From IMG/VR virus record IMGVR_UViG_3300032242_001844: a DNA stretch of 64,000 bases; one strand, given 5' to 3'. Position numbers and translations under genes: made by a program. Below, in pieces: positions 28,051-37,613 of the stretch (positions are counted from its first letter, which is position 1; every line of letters starts with the position of its first letter). The DNA comes from a virus. The notes under the pieces are model-generated. The model was not told the DNA's origin and searched no databases. It saw nothing but the letters and a program-made list of their open reading frames with translations.

Positions 28051-31000
28051 ATGGCAAGTGCACTTAAAGACCCCAATCTTACCTCAAGTTTTATTGCTTC
28101 AAATGAAGGTTTTAAATCAACTGCTTATCCTGACTATAACAGCAAAGGCGTTTTCACTGGCTATGCAATTGGATATGGCAACCATTATAATGCTGATGGT
28201 AGTCCTGTTCAGCCTGGCCAATCAATAACTCAAACAGACGGTCAGGCTCTTATGCAACAACAGATTGTTGATACATATGCGCCTGGAATTGCAAATCGTA
28301 TCGGTGAACCAGCATGGAGTAACTTAACTCCAGAACAACAAGCAGCATATGTTGATTTAAGTTATAATTATGGTTCTGGCAGTCGTTGTTTAAGTGATTC
28401 GGTAGCAGCAGCACAAACAGGCGATCCAAACGCCATTAGCAGCAGCATGTCACAGCTTAGTTCAAACCCAGAACGCCGCGCTAGAGATGCTGCACTTGCA
28501 AATGGACAAGTTCCTGGCAATGTCAAAGGTGGCGGTCCTTCTGCAGCACTTCCAGCGAATGCCAAGGGCGCAGGTGCTGGCAGTGGCGCAGGTTGCGCTG
28601 GCGCTGGTTTAGGAATGTTTGCTGCTCTTGCTGGTGGCGGCTTATTAGGCGGTCTTGGTGCAGCAATCAATGGCGCATTAGGTGGATTAACTGGTGCGCT
28701 TGGTTTAACTGGCTTAACTGGCGCATTGGGCGGTGCACTAAGTGCTGCAACAGGCGCATTAGGTGGATTAACTGGTGGTTTTACTAATGCACTTAGTTCT
28801 ATTACTGGCGGCGTTAGCACTGCTTTAAACACTTTATCTGGTGGTGCGTTTGGCGCATTGAGTGGTATAGGCAGCAGCATACTTCCAAGTTTAACTGGTG
28901 TGTTACCATCTGGAATATCAGGTTTAGTTGGTGGTGCGTTGAACGGAGTAACAGGCGGACTTATGAGTCCGCTAAATGGAATTTTACAAAATCCTTTAAA
29001 TTTGCCAAACGCAATGCAACAGTTTGCTAGTTATGGTGGAATAGGTGGAATGATTAATCGTGTTGCTGGTAACATGATGGGCAATGCTGTTAGTGGATCA
29101 CTTAGTAACTTCATGGCAAATGTTGGTATTACTAGTGCGTATAGCGGTATATCAAACAATGTAGTCGGTGCTATTGGCGAAGCAAGTGCTATGAGTTTTG
29201 GCACAGCGCAAGCTGGTGGTCTTGGAAATTTATTCCGTAACAACAATGATATTATGAGTTATGGCACAACTACACTAAGTTTAAATCTACCTAGCGCAGC
29301 AAGTGATTTATCAAATTTAGGAACTTTTGCAACAACTAATATGCTGCGGTTGCAACAACCAAGTCATGTTGCTGCACAAATTTTAAATGCAGGTCTAGGT
29401 GATGTAACAGGGCTAACTAAAAATTTAGTATCTGCGGGTATTCCAATTGCTGGCGTTGATAATCCGTTACATGATGTAGCGTGTCAACGAATATTAACAA
29501 ATACAACAGGCGAAGCTGCAACTGGCGCAGTAAGTGCTGCGTTTAATATTGGTGTACCGCTGCAACATTTAGGACAATTAACCGATATCAAACATATGTG
29601 TCCTAATCTATCTAAGACTGGTCCTAGCCAAAACTTTGCACAGCTAGGTCAACATTTCTTGAGCCTTGGACTAACACGAGCTACACATTTCCAAGAAATT
29701 GGGACTGCGCTATCAAAAATAGACTCTGGATTAGATTTAAATCATCTTACTCAACTTAGTAAACCATTTTATCAACCAGCGGCTGACAGAATGATGCAAA
29801 CATTTGGATATGGCGGCGGCAGTTTAGGTGAATTAACTATGGCAGATTTTATTGGAACTCCTGCTGGTTATGTTCACAATGAAACGCTTCCTTATATAAT
29901 TGATGCCAATAATAAAGTTATGGCAACAACAGATGGTCAAACATTAAACCAACTAATTACGCAACTGCAAACATTGCTAACAGGCGGCTATCATATTCAA
30001 GGAACTAAGGCAGACCCAGCTACTGGGAGACCAGATAATCCTGATAGCATAGTAATCAATGGTACGGTTTTCACTACGCTAGATGATGCTGTATATTATT
30101 TGATTAATTTGATTGAAACGCAGCTAACTGTTATTAAAAATACAAGCGATCCTACTATACAAGCAGCACTGCAAGCAAGTGAAAAAGCGCATGCTGCCAG
30201 TTGTGCACATCTGTTAAAAGAAAACCACCATCTACAAGCGTTCAATATAAATTTATTTGAAGCTATTCCAAACAATCCAATCAATGCATATGTTTTTGCT
30301 GATGGATTGCCATACTATGGAACAAGTACTGGTTATGGTCAAATTGGTGACTACTTAGAGCGTGTTGCCGCAGATAACATTTATGGAGATGCTATCAAAG
30401 GTGCGATGCGTATGGGAAGAAATGCAGATGCACTAGGTCAGCTTGGCGTTAATATTGATAGATTTAAGTTGCCACATAGCCAATATTTCCGTGACCCTGC
30501 TACTTTCTATCTGACTGCATACACAGGAAATCTTCCATATGTTCCACAAAATCTGCAAGATGTAGTATATCCAATCAACCCTGCTGATATCTATATAGAT
30601 ACTAGAAATCAAAAATTGGTTGAAAGTGGATATAACCCAGCAGAAATGTTACCAGCACAAGCTGACGAAACATATTATGATTTGCAATGGACAAATATAA
30701 GTCCAGCAGTTAAAGAAAATATTGGGCTTAATGTTGTAAATCAAGCTATTGACAGAAATGTCTTAGTAGTAGGCAACAAGTGTCTTTTAACTACACTTAA
30801 CAGGCAACAAATTCCATTTGCTACAATAGACCAAAATGGACTAGCACTTACTAATAATGAAGCTTTAGTTGATAATCTTTTAAAAATATCAAACAAGATA
30901 ATATATGGTCAAATTGGTGCTACCAAATATGAAAATCCATTTAATACTGATCAAATGGTTTATGGTACTCTTGAAATGCTAGGTCAAGTTACTCCTATGA

Positions 31001-31293
31001 ATATAAAAGCATTGGGAAATACTTTACTTGGAAGTGCAGTTTTGCCAAATCTGCTTACAAAAATTAATAATGCATTTGGACAAATCATTGCTGCTAGTAC
31101 TGGTCAATCTATTGCTGGTACAGGTATTAATACAGGAACTGCTGTCAATAATGGTACTAATACTAATACATCGCAGCTAAATGATATTAGTCAAAGTTCG
31201 CTATATCAAAACGATACTGGCGTAGATCGTAATATTCAAAGTGCTTGGGGCGGAAGTGGTCCAGATGGTATGTATACTATTCCAAAGAAATGA
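28051..31293 (+). CDS. virion protein with N-terminal GH24 lysozyme and glycine-rich region (baseplate hub/puncturing candidate)
   Basis: EGF...AYPD......IGYG, YNYG and ERR motifs, then Gly/Ala/Leu repeats. Confidence 0.7.
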   Translation: MASALKDPNLTSSFIASNEGFKSTAYPDYNSKGVFTGYAIGYGNHYNADGSPVQPGQSITQTDGQALMQQQIVDTYAPGIANRIGEPAWSNLTPEQQAAYVDLSYNYGSGSRCLSDSVAAAQTGDPNAISSSMSQLSSNPERRARDAALANGQVPGNVKGGGPSAALPANAKGAGAGSGAGCAGAGLGMFAALAGGGLLGGLGAAINGALGGLTGALGLTGLTGALGGALSAATGALGGLTGGFTNALSSITGGVSTALNTLSGGAFGALSGIGSSILPSLTGVLPSGISGLVGGALNGVTGGLMSPLNGILQNPLNLPNAMQQFASYGGIGGMINRVAGNMMGNAVSGSLSNFMANVGITSAYSGISNNVVGAIGEASAMSFGTAQAGGLGNLFRNNNDIMSYGTTTLSLNLPSAASDLSNLGTFATTNMLRLQQPSHVAAQILNAGLGDVTGLTKNLVSAGIPIAGVDNPLHDVACQRILTNTTGEAATGAVSAAFNIGVPLQHLGQLTDIKHMCPNLSKTGPSQNFAQLGQHFLSLGLTRATHFQEIGTALSKIDSGLDLNHLTQLSKPFYQPAADRMMQTFGYGGGSLGELTMADFIGTPAGYVHNETLPYIIDANNKVMATTDGQTLNQLITQLQTLLTGGYHIQGTKADPATGRPDNPDSIVINGTVFTTLDDAVYYLINLIETQLTVIKNTSDPTIQAALQASEKAHAASCAHLLKENHHLQAFNINLFEAIPNNPINAYVFADGLPYYGTSTGYGQIGDYLERVAADNIYGDAIKGAMRMGRNADALGQLGVNIDRFKLPHSQYFRDPATFYLTAYTGNLPYVPQNLQDVVYPINPADIYIDTRNQKLVESGYNPAEMLPAQADETYYDLQWTNISPAVKENIGLNVVNQAIDRNVLVVGNKCLLTTLNRQQIPFATIDQNGLALTNNEALVDNLLKISNKIIYGQIGATKYENPFNTDQMVYGTLEMLGQVTPMNIKALGNTLLGSAVLPNLLTKINNAFGQIIAASTGQSIAGTGINTGTAVNNGTNTNTSQLNDISQSSLYQNDTGVDRNIQSAWGGSGPDGMYTIPKK

Positions 31294-31445
31294 AAGCTAC
31301 TCGTGAGATAATCTGGCATTTTGTATGTCAACATTGCAGTGGATGGTTCTCTCTTGCCGTGATGGACGATTGGAAGCCTAAGAAACTATATTGCCCACAT
31401 TGTGGCAAACAGCAGCAAATAACCCTTGACATAAACCCTGAATGA
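31290..31445 (+). CDS. small zinc-ribbon protein
   Basis: CQHC...CPHC; ATGA coupling. Confidence 0.7.
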   Translation: MKATREIIWHFVCQHCSGWFSLAVMDDWKPKKLYCPHCGKQQQITLDINPE

Positions 31446-31456
31446 TGCTATAAATA
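31426..31456 (+). promoter_or_regulatory. promoter for tmRNA (sigma70-like overlapping TAAATA late box)
   Basis: TTGACA-17-TATAAA(TA). Confidence 0.6.
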
Positions 31457-31459
31457 ACA

Positions 31460-31724
31460 TACTATTGTTGATAGCAACTAATAGATGGACTAGGACTCGG
31501 TTTCAATACCGACATCTCCACCACAAACACATTAGTGAAGTGGTGTGTTTTTGGGGGATGATAGGGTTTCGACTAGCATTGAAAAGGTTGAAGTAGATAG
31601 TGGGTTGAATGCCTTATAGTTCAAAAAATCGTAAATGCAAACGACAACAATGCATATGATCTTCGCCTAGCGGCTTGATCGGAGTAACGGGGGGAACTTG
31701 GCAACAGAATCCCCCCACCTTTTT
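31460..31724 (+). ncRNA. ssrA: circularly permuted two-piece tmRNA; tag (A)ANDNNAYDLRLAA*
   Basis: 3' acceptor half ...CATCTCCACCA (ends 31523) precedes 5' half GGGGATG (31554), with a G3-U70 pair; tag ORF 31637-31678; terminal GGCAACAG hairpin. Confidence 0.92.
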
Positions 31725-31733
31725 GAGAGGTTA

Positions 31734-32204
31734 ATGAAAAAACTCTTATTATCTTTGGCGCTTATCACGGCAGTGAGTTATCCTGTTTTAGCCAAAGACC
31801 CCAAACCCCAAAAACCTATTGTTGTAGAAAATCCCAGCGAGTGTGTTGCCCAAGCTATTAAAAATGAAGCTGGTGGCGAAGACTATATGGGACAAGTTGC
31901 GATTGCTTGGGTAATTCGTAATAGATTACAAAGTGGAAAGTTTCCTAACTCGCCATGCAAAATCGTTTATGAACGACATGGAATTGATTGTCAATTTACT
32001 TTTATATGTTTTCCATTTAAGCCAGTTGACCAAGACAAAAATCGTGGAGATTTTTATAGTATAGCAATGATGGTGTTATATTCAACATATATGGTTGATC
32101 CAACCGATGGTGCGCTATACTTTAATAATAAACCATTTAAGAACAAACAGTTCAAGTTTATTAAAAAGATAGGACACCACTGGTTTTATACGGATGCAAA
32201 TTAA
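31734..32204 (+). CDS. cell wall hydrolase (SleB/Hydrolase_2) with signal peptide
   Basis: EAGGE...GQVAIA.VI.NR, CQF, DPTDGALYF, IGHHWFY; GAGAGG RBS. Confidence 0.88.
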   Translation: MKKLLLSLALITAVSYPVLAKDPKPQKPIVVENPSECVAQAIKNEAGGEDYMGQVAIAWVIRNRLQSGKFPNSPCKIVYERHGIDCQFTFICFPFKPVDQDKNRGDFYSIAMMVLYSTYMVDPTDGALYFNNKPFKNKQFKFIKKIGHHWFYTDAN

Positions 32205-32959
32205 TTAATGCTTTGTCCAGTATCACGGATATTGGTTAGCTTTTCAATATAGTGATCCATTCCATGGTCATAGATACCATCAAACAACTGGCCTTTTTTC
32301 CAACAGCGCCAATGCGCTCTCATGCTATCCTTAAAGCGTTGATAACGGCTTAGCGGACGAATATTGCCATAGAAGTTAATATAGCATAGTGTACCATGGT
32401 GCTTGAATAGGAGAACTGGCGGTGGTACATGCGTAACCATATCGTTGCAATTTACAAAACGATAGTGTTCAGTAGCAATACCAGCAACATAATCAGCATT
32501 TCCAAGACGAGGTTGTCCAAAGGTCATAAGTTTTACTGGTGGATAACCAGCAAATTCTAGTTCTTGGGTGATATAAAGTGCCATTGCAGCACCAAGACTG
32601 TGACCAGTAACATATATATCTTTCCCTTTATTCTTCGCTGCCCAATCTAATACTTGGTCAATAATTTTTCTTGCTTCACGACGAAAACCTTCGTGAACCC
32701 ATCCCTTACCATGACGCTTTGGAATAGTATCAAGGTCGGCAAGTAAATCATTTGGCTGTGTAGGCTGTGTACCACGGCAAGCAACAATAACTTCGTTATC
32801 GCTTGCAGCAACATGCCCTTGTGCGCCTTCATTATCTAAAAATTTATATTTTTTAAATCCAAGATCAGCATAAATTTGCTTATTGTCATCTTGGTATGCA
32901 GAACTGGCAAGGTTTGCCATTGTCACTGCTAATTCAGGTAGGCTTTGGTCTTTTAGCAT
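32201..32959 (-). CDS. class 3 lipase
   Basis: RGT, VHEGF, GHSLG, TFGQPR, D.V..VP, H motifs. Confidence 0.9.
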   Translation of the reverse strand: MLKDQSLPELAVTMANLASSAYQDDNKQIYADLGFKKYKFLDNEGAQGHVAASDNEVIVACRGTQPTQPNDLLADLDTIPKRHGKGWVHEGFRREARKIIDQVLDWAAKNKGKDIYVTGHSLGAAMALYITQELEFAGYPPVKLMTFGQPRLGNADYVAGIATEHYRFVNCNDMVTHVPPPVLLFKHHGTLCYINFYGNIRPLSRYQRFKDSMRAHWRCWKKGQLFDGIYDHGMDHYIEKLTNIRDTGQSIN

Positions 32960-33032
32960 TATTGATCCCCTGTTAGATTAATATTTATTTTAATATTGCT
33001 CTATGAAGCTTCGTGTGGTAGATTAAATAATC

Positions 33033-33407
33033 ATGGAGCGCATTATGGATCAGCCTAAACCAGACCTTGAACGAGATTTGTTTGATAGCCAATATATCCG
33101 CGATAAATCACGCAACAATGATACCTATTGCCAGCACCTTTATGCTACTCTTTGTAATAATGAATTTATCAAGGCAGAAGTATTATCCATTGTAGCAGCA
33201 GAACATTGGTCCTGTAGTTGGCGACATAGTGGCGGTATTGCTGCTAGTTTGTATGATGGTTCGTTTAGCGGCGATTATATGCGTTATTACACAGCAAGTT
33301 TTAGCGATGATGCTAACTATATTTCCGAAGGCATGGTTGATGAAGAGATTCGTGAAGATTTAAAAAAAATTGGTTGGTATGTGGTTGAAAACAAGGTAAA
33401 TATATAA
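33033..33407 (+). CDS. conserved phage hypothetical protein
   Basis: LYATLCNN, WSCSWR..GGI motifs. Confidence 0.7.
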   Translation: MERIMDQPKPDLERDLFDSQYIRDKSRNNDTYCQHLYATLCNNEFIKAEVLSIVAAEHWSCSWRHSGGIAASLYDGSFSGDYMRYYTASFSDDANYISEGMVDEEIREDLKKIGWYVVENKVNI

Positions 33408-34948
33408 TGTTCTTAAACATTTTAGCACTGTTGAGTGCAATCTCTATCAGTGGCGTTGCAGCATATTATAGTATTGCTGGTCTTACTGCTATCTTTAGTG
33501 GTGCCGTTATTCCTATTATTATCATGGGCGGTACTCTTGAGTTTGGTAAAATTATTACTACAGTATGGCTGCACCAAAATTGGAAACATGTTAATTTTTT
33601 TGTAAAGTGGTACCTTTCACTTGCTGTTGTCGTGCTGATGTTTGTTACTTCTATGGGTATCTTTGGGTTTTTATCTCGTGCTCATATTGAAACAACAAGT
33701 AGCGTAGGCGATAATACTCTTCTTATTGAGCAGATTGATCAAAACATTGCGGTTGAGCAACAGCGTATTCGTGATAATCAAGCTGTTATTAAACAAATGG
33801 ATGATGCAGTTAATGGTCTGCTAAGCGGCAGTGCGAGTAATGCTACCAAAGATAATAATCGCACCGCTACACTAGCCACACAAGCAACTAAATTGCGCGA
33901 TAGTCAAAAGAAAGACCGCGAAGCAGCTAATAAAACCATAGATGACACTAATAAGCGTGTTCAGGATTTGAATAGTCAGAAGTTGAAACTTAATCAAGCA
34001 CAGCTAAAAGTTGAAGCTGAAGTTGGACCAATCAAGTATATTGCGCAGTTAATATACGGAGATAATATTGATAAGTCGCTACTTGAGCGAGCAGTTCGTT
34101 GGGTTATTATTTTTATCGTTGCTGTGTTTGATCCTCTTGCGGTTTCACTGGTTCTTGGCGCAACGATGGGCATCAGTGGTCGCAGAAAAGAAACTGAACC
34201 ACGGGTAGAATACAAAGAAAAAATTGTTGAGGTGCCTGTTGAAAAAATTGTAACTGTTTATGATAACGAAGCTATTGCTCGTGCTGTAGTACTAGAAGAA
34301 CAGTTAGAACGATTAAAGGCACAAGAACCAGAAGTAGTATACAAAGAAATTATACAACCAGTTCCTATTTTTCGTGATAATATCATTGAAAAGATAGTAG
34401 AAGTTCCAACTACTACGGTTGTTGAAAAGATTGTAGAAGTGCAATTTGAAACTATTCGCGAAGTAGAAAAGATCGTAGAAGTTCCTGTTGAAGTTATTAG
34501 AGAAGTTGAACGCATCGTTGAAGTTCCTGTTGAGGCACAAGATAGCAAAACAGTGATAGATTTGACTCAAGCATTAGATCATCTTCTTGCTGAAATAGAA
34601 AAGAAAAATGCCGAGATACACAAACTTCGTGCTACTGGTGAAGTTCTTGCCGAAGAATTAGCAGGTGAAGATACATCACATTTCAACCTTGAACAAGATA
34701 ATGATATCGTTGGTCCACAACTTCCTGCAGGTACAAATGGACAATTGTTTATTGTATACCGTCAGCCAGAAATTCTTTGGAAATATAACGGAGATCAGTG
34801 GATTCAAGTTGACAAAGGCGGAAATACCAGCTATACTCAAAATATAAATTGGAAACATTGGCAGTTGGGCAGATTACAACGCGCCGAAATTGAGTGGGAA
34901 GATATGACTGTTGCTGAGCAACAAGCAATTGAAGAACAAAATGCATGA
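33407..34948 (+). CDS. multi-TM coiled-coil membrane protein with EKIVEVP repeats
   Basis: Three N-terminal TM helices, coiled coil, FDPLAV TM, repeats. Confidence 0.75.
   Translation: MFLNILALLSAISISGVAAYYSIAGLTAIFSGAVIPIIIMGGTLEFGKIITTVWLHQNWKHVNFFVKWYLSLAVVVLMFVTSMGIFGFLSRAHIETTSSVGDNTLLIEQIDQNIAVEQQRIRDNQAVIKQMDDAVNGLLSGSASNATKDNNRTATLATQATKLRDSQKKDREAANKTIDDTNKRVQDLNSQKLKLNQAQLKVEAEVGPIKYIAQLIYGDNIDKSLLERAVRWVIIFIVAVFDPLAVSLVLGATMGISGRRKETEPRVEYKEKIVEVPVEKIVTVYDNEAIARAVVLEEQLERLKAQEPEVVYKEIIQPVPIFRDNIIEKIVEVPTTTVVEKIVEVQFETIREVEKIVEVPVEVIREVERIVEVPVEAQDSKTVIDLTQALDHLLAEIEKKNAEIHKLRATGEVLAEELAGEDTSHFNLEQDNDIVGPQLPAGTNGQLFIVYRQPEILWKYNGDQWIQVDKGGNTSYTQNINWKHWQLGRLQRAEIEWEDMTVAEQQAIEEQNA
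34210..34533 (+). repeat. imperfect (V/I)EKIVEVP coding repeats
   Basis: About 7 copies visible in the translation. Confidence 0.7.
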
Positions 34949-35337
34949 ATACAAGTAGAATTGTAACTGCGCCTGATATGGATTTAGATGACAGGTTCAA
35001 GATATTATTGGTTGATGTAGAGTGGAGTGATGTTGAAAAACTTAGCAAAGCTATTGAAGCAATGAATACTGATGTTACTATATTCTTGTATGGCAGCAAT
35101 GATACAGATGATGTATGGTGTATCAACACAAGCAAGCATGCTTATACTACACTTGTCAATTGTAGATTTAGTGGAAATAAAGAAATGCTCAAAGGTTGGC
35201 TTCTAAGTCAAAAAAACACATGGGCATTGGGGGCTAACGATATTGGTGCGGCAACACACAGAAATGTCTTTGACATTTATTCTTGGCTTGCTCAGCAATT
35301 TAATAATTACATTAAACAAGAGGAAAAAAATGTATAG
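34945..35337 (+). CDS. hypothetical protein
   Basis: ATGA coupled; ends in TAG. Confidence 0.65.
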   Translation: MNTSRIVTAPDMDLDDRFKILLVDVEWSDVEKLSKAIEAMNTDVTIFLYGSNDTDDVWCINTSKHAYTTLVNCRFSGNKEMLKGWLLSQKNTWALGANDIGAATHRNVFDIYSWLAQQFNNYIKQEEKNV

Positions 35338-35575
35338 ACCAGAATTAGAAAATGTTCGTCAAAGAGGTTTGTTTGTTGAAGTTCATAACGGAGATGTAAC
35401 TAAAGCACTGCGTAAGATGAAGAAGATCATCCAGCAAGACGGCATTTTTCAAACACTCCGTGATCGTGAGCGGTTTGAAACTCCTAGTCAACAGCGCAAA
35501 AAAGCAAAAGCCCGTGCTGTTAAGCGTTGGCAAAAGAAGTTGAAAGAACTTCGTACCCAAGGTATTGCTCGTTAA
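35330..35575 (+). CDS. rpsU: ribosomal protein bS21
   Basis: V.V...DV.KALRKMKK.....G....LRDRERFETPS..RK.AKARA.KR; GAGG RBS before ATG 35330. Confidence 0.88.
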   Translation: MYRPELENVRQRGLFVEVHNGDVTKALRKMKKIIQQDGIFQTLRDRERFETPSQQRKKAKARAVKRWQKKLKELRTQGIAR

Positions 35576-35599
35576 TAAATTCTAATCAATAGGTGAACA

Positions 35600-36700
35600 A
35601 TGCGTATTATCAATGACACTAAACTTGATTTTAGTGATGTACTAATCTTGCCTAAACGATCCACGCTTACTAGCCGTGAAGAAGTATCCTTAGAACGAAC
35701 TTTTACATTTCGTAATAGTCATCGTTATTGGAGCGGAACTCCTATAATGGCTGCTAATATGGATGGAGTTGCTACATTTGAGATGGCAGAAAAACTTGCC
35801 ACTTATAAAATGTTCACATGCTTGCGTAAAAATTATAGCACAGAAGACCTTATCCTATGGATTGGTCGCACAGGTTATAATATCCAAGAATATTGGGCAT
35901 ATGGTCTTGGTATCAAGGACGAAGAATACGAAAATTTCAAACTTGTTAAGAGAATGTTGCCAAAGGATAATATCAAGTTTGTTTGTATTGATGTTGCCAA
36001 TGGCTATACAGAACGATTTGTAGAGTTTGTTAAAAAGTTCCGTATGGAAAATCCTGACCTAATTATCATTGCTGGTAATGTGGTAACTGGTGATATGACA
36101 GAGGAGTTGATACTGAGTGGAGCAGATATTATTAAAGTTGGTATTGGTCCTGGCAGTGTCTGTACTACTCGTCTCAAAACGGGTGTTGGTTATCCACAGC
36201 TTAGTGCTATTATTGAGTGTGCTGATGCTGCTCATGGGCTTGGTGGACATATCATTAGCGATGGTGGTTGCGTTTGTCCTGGCGATGTGTCTAAGGCTTT
36301 TGGGGGTGGTGCAGACTTCGTAATGCTTGGCGGTATGTTGGCAGGTCATGATCAAGGCGGCGGTGATATTGTGTCACAAACCACTCGTTCAAATCAAGTA
36401 TGGATTCAAGATGATGGCACTCCTGATGATATCTTTACTACACAGCAGTTCGTAAAGTTCTATGGCATGAGTTCAAAATCTGCCAATGAAAAGCATAGCG
36501 GTGGATTGAAATCATATCGTGCTGCAGAAGGCAAAGAAGTTGCTGTGCCTTATCGTGGCGATGTTAGCGATACTGTTCAAGACATTCTTGGCGGCATAAG
36601 AAGCACTCTAACTTATACGGGCAGTAAGTCACTAAAAGAACTTTCTAAACGCACAACATTTGTGTTGGTTAATAATCAAGTTAATAAAATATTTTCTTAA
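35600..36700 (+). CDS. guaC: GMP reductase
   Basis: [51 protein letters not shown]. Confidence 0.93.
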   Translation: MRIINDTKLDFSDVLILPKRSTLTSREEVSLERTFTFRNSHRYWSGTPIMAANMDGVATFEMAEKLATYKMFTCLRKNYSTEDLILWIGRTGYNIQEYWAYGLGIKDEEYENFKLVKRMLPKDNIKFVCIDVANGYTERFVEFVKKFRMENPDLIIIAGNVVTGDMTEELILSGADIIKVGIGPGSVCTTRLKTGVGYPQLSAIIECADAAHGLGGHIISDGGCVCPGDVSKAFGGGADFVMLGGMLAGHDQGGGDIVSQTTRSNQVWIQDDGTPDDIFTTQQFVKFYGMSSKSANEKHSGGLKSYRAAEGKEVAVPYRGDVSDTVQDILGGIRSTLTYTGSKSLKELSKRTTFVLVNNQVNKIFS

Positions 36701-36737
36701 AAACCCTTGACAAATGACATATGAATTACTAAATATA

Positions 36738-36798
36738 TGTAGACGATGCCAATGATGGGTCGTCTACAGTATACTCGCTTTAAAAAGGAGAAACAAGC
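36738..36798 (+). promoter_or_regulatory. ROSE-like RNA thermometer in the hsp20 5' UTR
   Basis: 5' hairpin TGTAGACGA/TCGTCTACA, then CTCGCTT pairing with AAGGAG SD with a bulged G. Confidence 0.7.
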
Positions 36799-37236
36799 AT
36801 GAGTAACCTTCTACAGGTCTTTGACCAGAAATTATTTGATAACCTTCACCGTACCACTATTGGGTTTGATCGTATCCTAGATGATATGCTGCGTGTAAAC
36901 ACTATCAATGTTCAACAGAATTATCCACCATACAATATCATCCGCAACGATGAAACCAATTATGAAATTCAGATTGCCGTAAGTGGCTTTTCTGAAAAAG
37001 ATATTGATATCACCTTAACTGATAATCAATTGGTTATCACTGGCGAAAACACCGACGAGGATACCAATGAGTATCTTCACCGTGGCATTGCTGCTCGCAA
37101 GTTTATTCGCACATTTTCATTAAGTGATGATGTTGTGGTAAATGCTGCAAAGGTTAAGAATGGCTTGCTTATCGTATCACTTGAACATATCGTTCCAGAC
37201 GAAAAGAAGCCAAAGAAAATTCCAGTAACCAAGTAA
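36799..37236 (+). CDS. small heat shock protein Hsp20 (IbpA-like)
   Basis: IGFD, NYPPYNI, AVSGF, YLHRGIAARKF, NGLL. Confidence 0.93.
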   Translation: MSNLLQVFDQKLFDNLHRTTIGFDRILDDMLRVNTINVQQNYPPYNIIRNDETNYEIQIAVSGFSEKDIDITLTDNQLVITGENTDEDTNEYLHRGIAARKFIRTFSLSDDVVVNAAKVKNGLLIVSLEHIVPDEKKPKKIPVTK

Positions 37237-37252
37237 TAAAATAGCAATAAAA

Positions 37253-37277
37253 CACGGCGGGAATTGTCCCGCCGTGT
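37253..37277 (+). terminator. GC-rich hairpin after hsp20
   Basis: ACACGGCGGGA/TCCCGCCGTGT inverted repeat. Confidence 0.55.
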
Positions 37278-37289
37278 AAATAATAGAAG

Positions 37290-37613
37290 ATGAGCAAAAT
37301 GAGCACAGAAACCAACACTACAACTCGTGTCAAGATTCAGCCAAAAACTGATCTCACTCCGCCTCCACAGTTTCAAGTAATATTTGTTAACGACAATGTT
37401 ACAACAGTTGAATTTGTAATGGCGGTATTGCAGGAATTATTTGACCATGCAGAAGACCATGCCATGTCACTGACTGCAAAAATTCATGAACAGGGGCAAG
37501 CTACCGTAGCGGTGCTGCCTTTTGAAATTGCAGAAAGTAAAGCTGTTGAAGTTACAGTGCTGGCTCGCAAGAATAAATTTCCACTATCTGTAAAGCTAGA
37601 ACCAGAAGCTTAA
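37290..37613 (+). CDS. clpS: ATP-dependent Clp protease adaptor ClpS
   Basis: PP.FQVIFVNDNVTTVEFV, IHEQG, EIAESK, FPL. Confidence 0.9.
   Translation: MSKMSTETNTTTRVKIQPKTDLTPPPQFQVIFVNDNVTTVEFVMAVLQELFDHAEDHAMSLTAKIHEQGQATVAVLPFEIAESKAVEVTVLARKNKFPLSVKLEPEA

Noticed and set aside
28368-28880. Pro-rich antisense ORFs (also 26396-26815, 11539-11868)
   Set aside because: Shadows of glycine-rich sense-strand genes.
31698-31733. TTG start for the cell wall hydrolase
   Set aside because: It lies in the tmRNA terminal hairpin; ATG 31734 has a GAGAGG RBS and begins a signal peptide.
35243-35329. Long N-terminus for bS21
   Set aside because: It overlaps the upstream gene; ATG 35330 has an RBS and gives a normal bS21 length.
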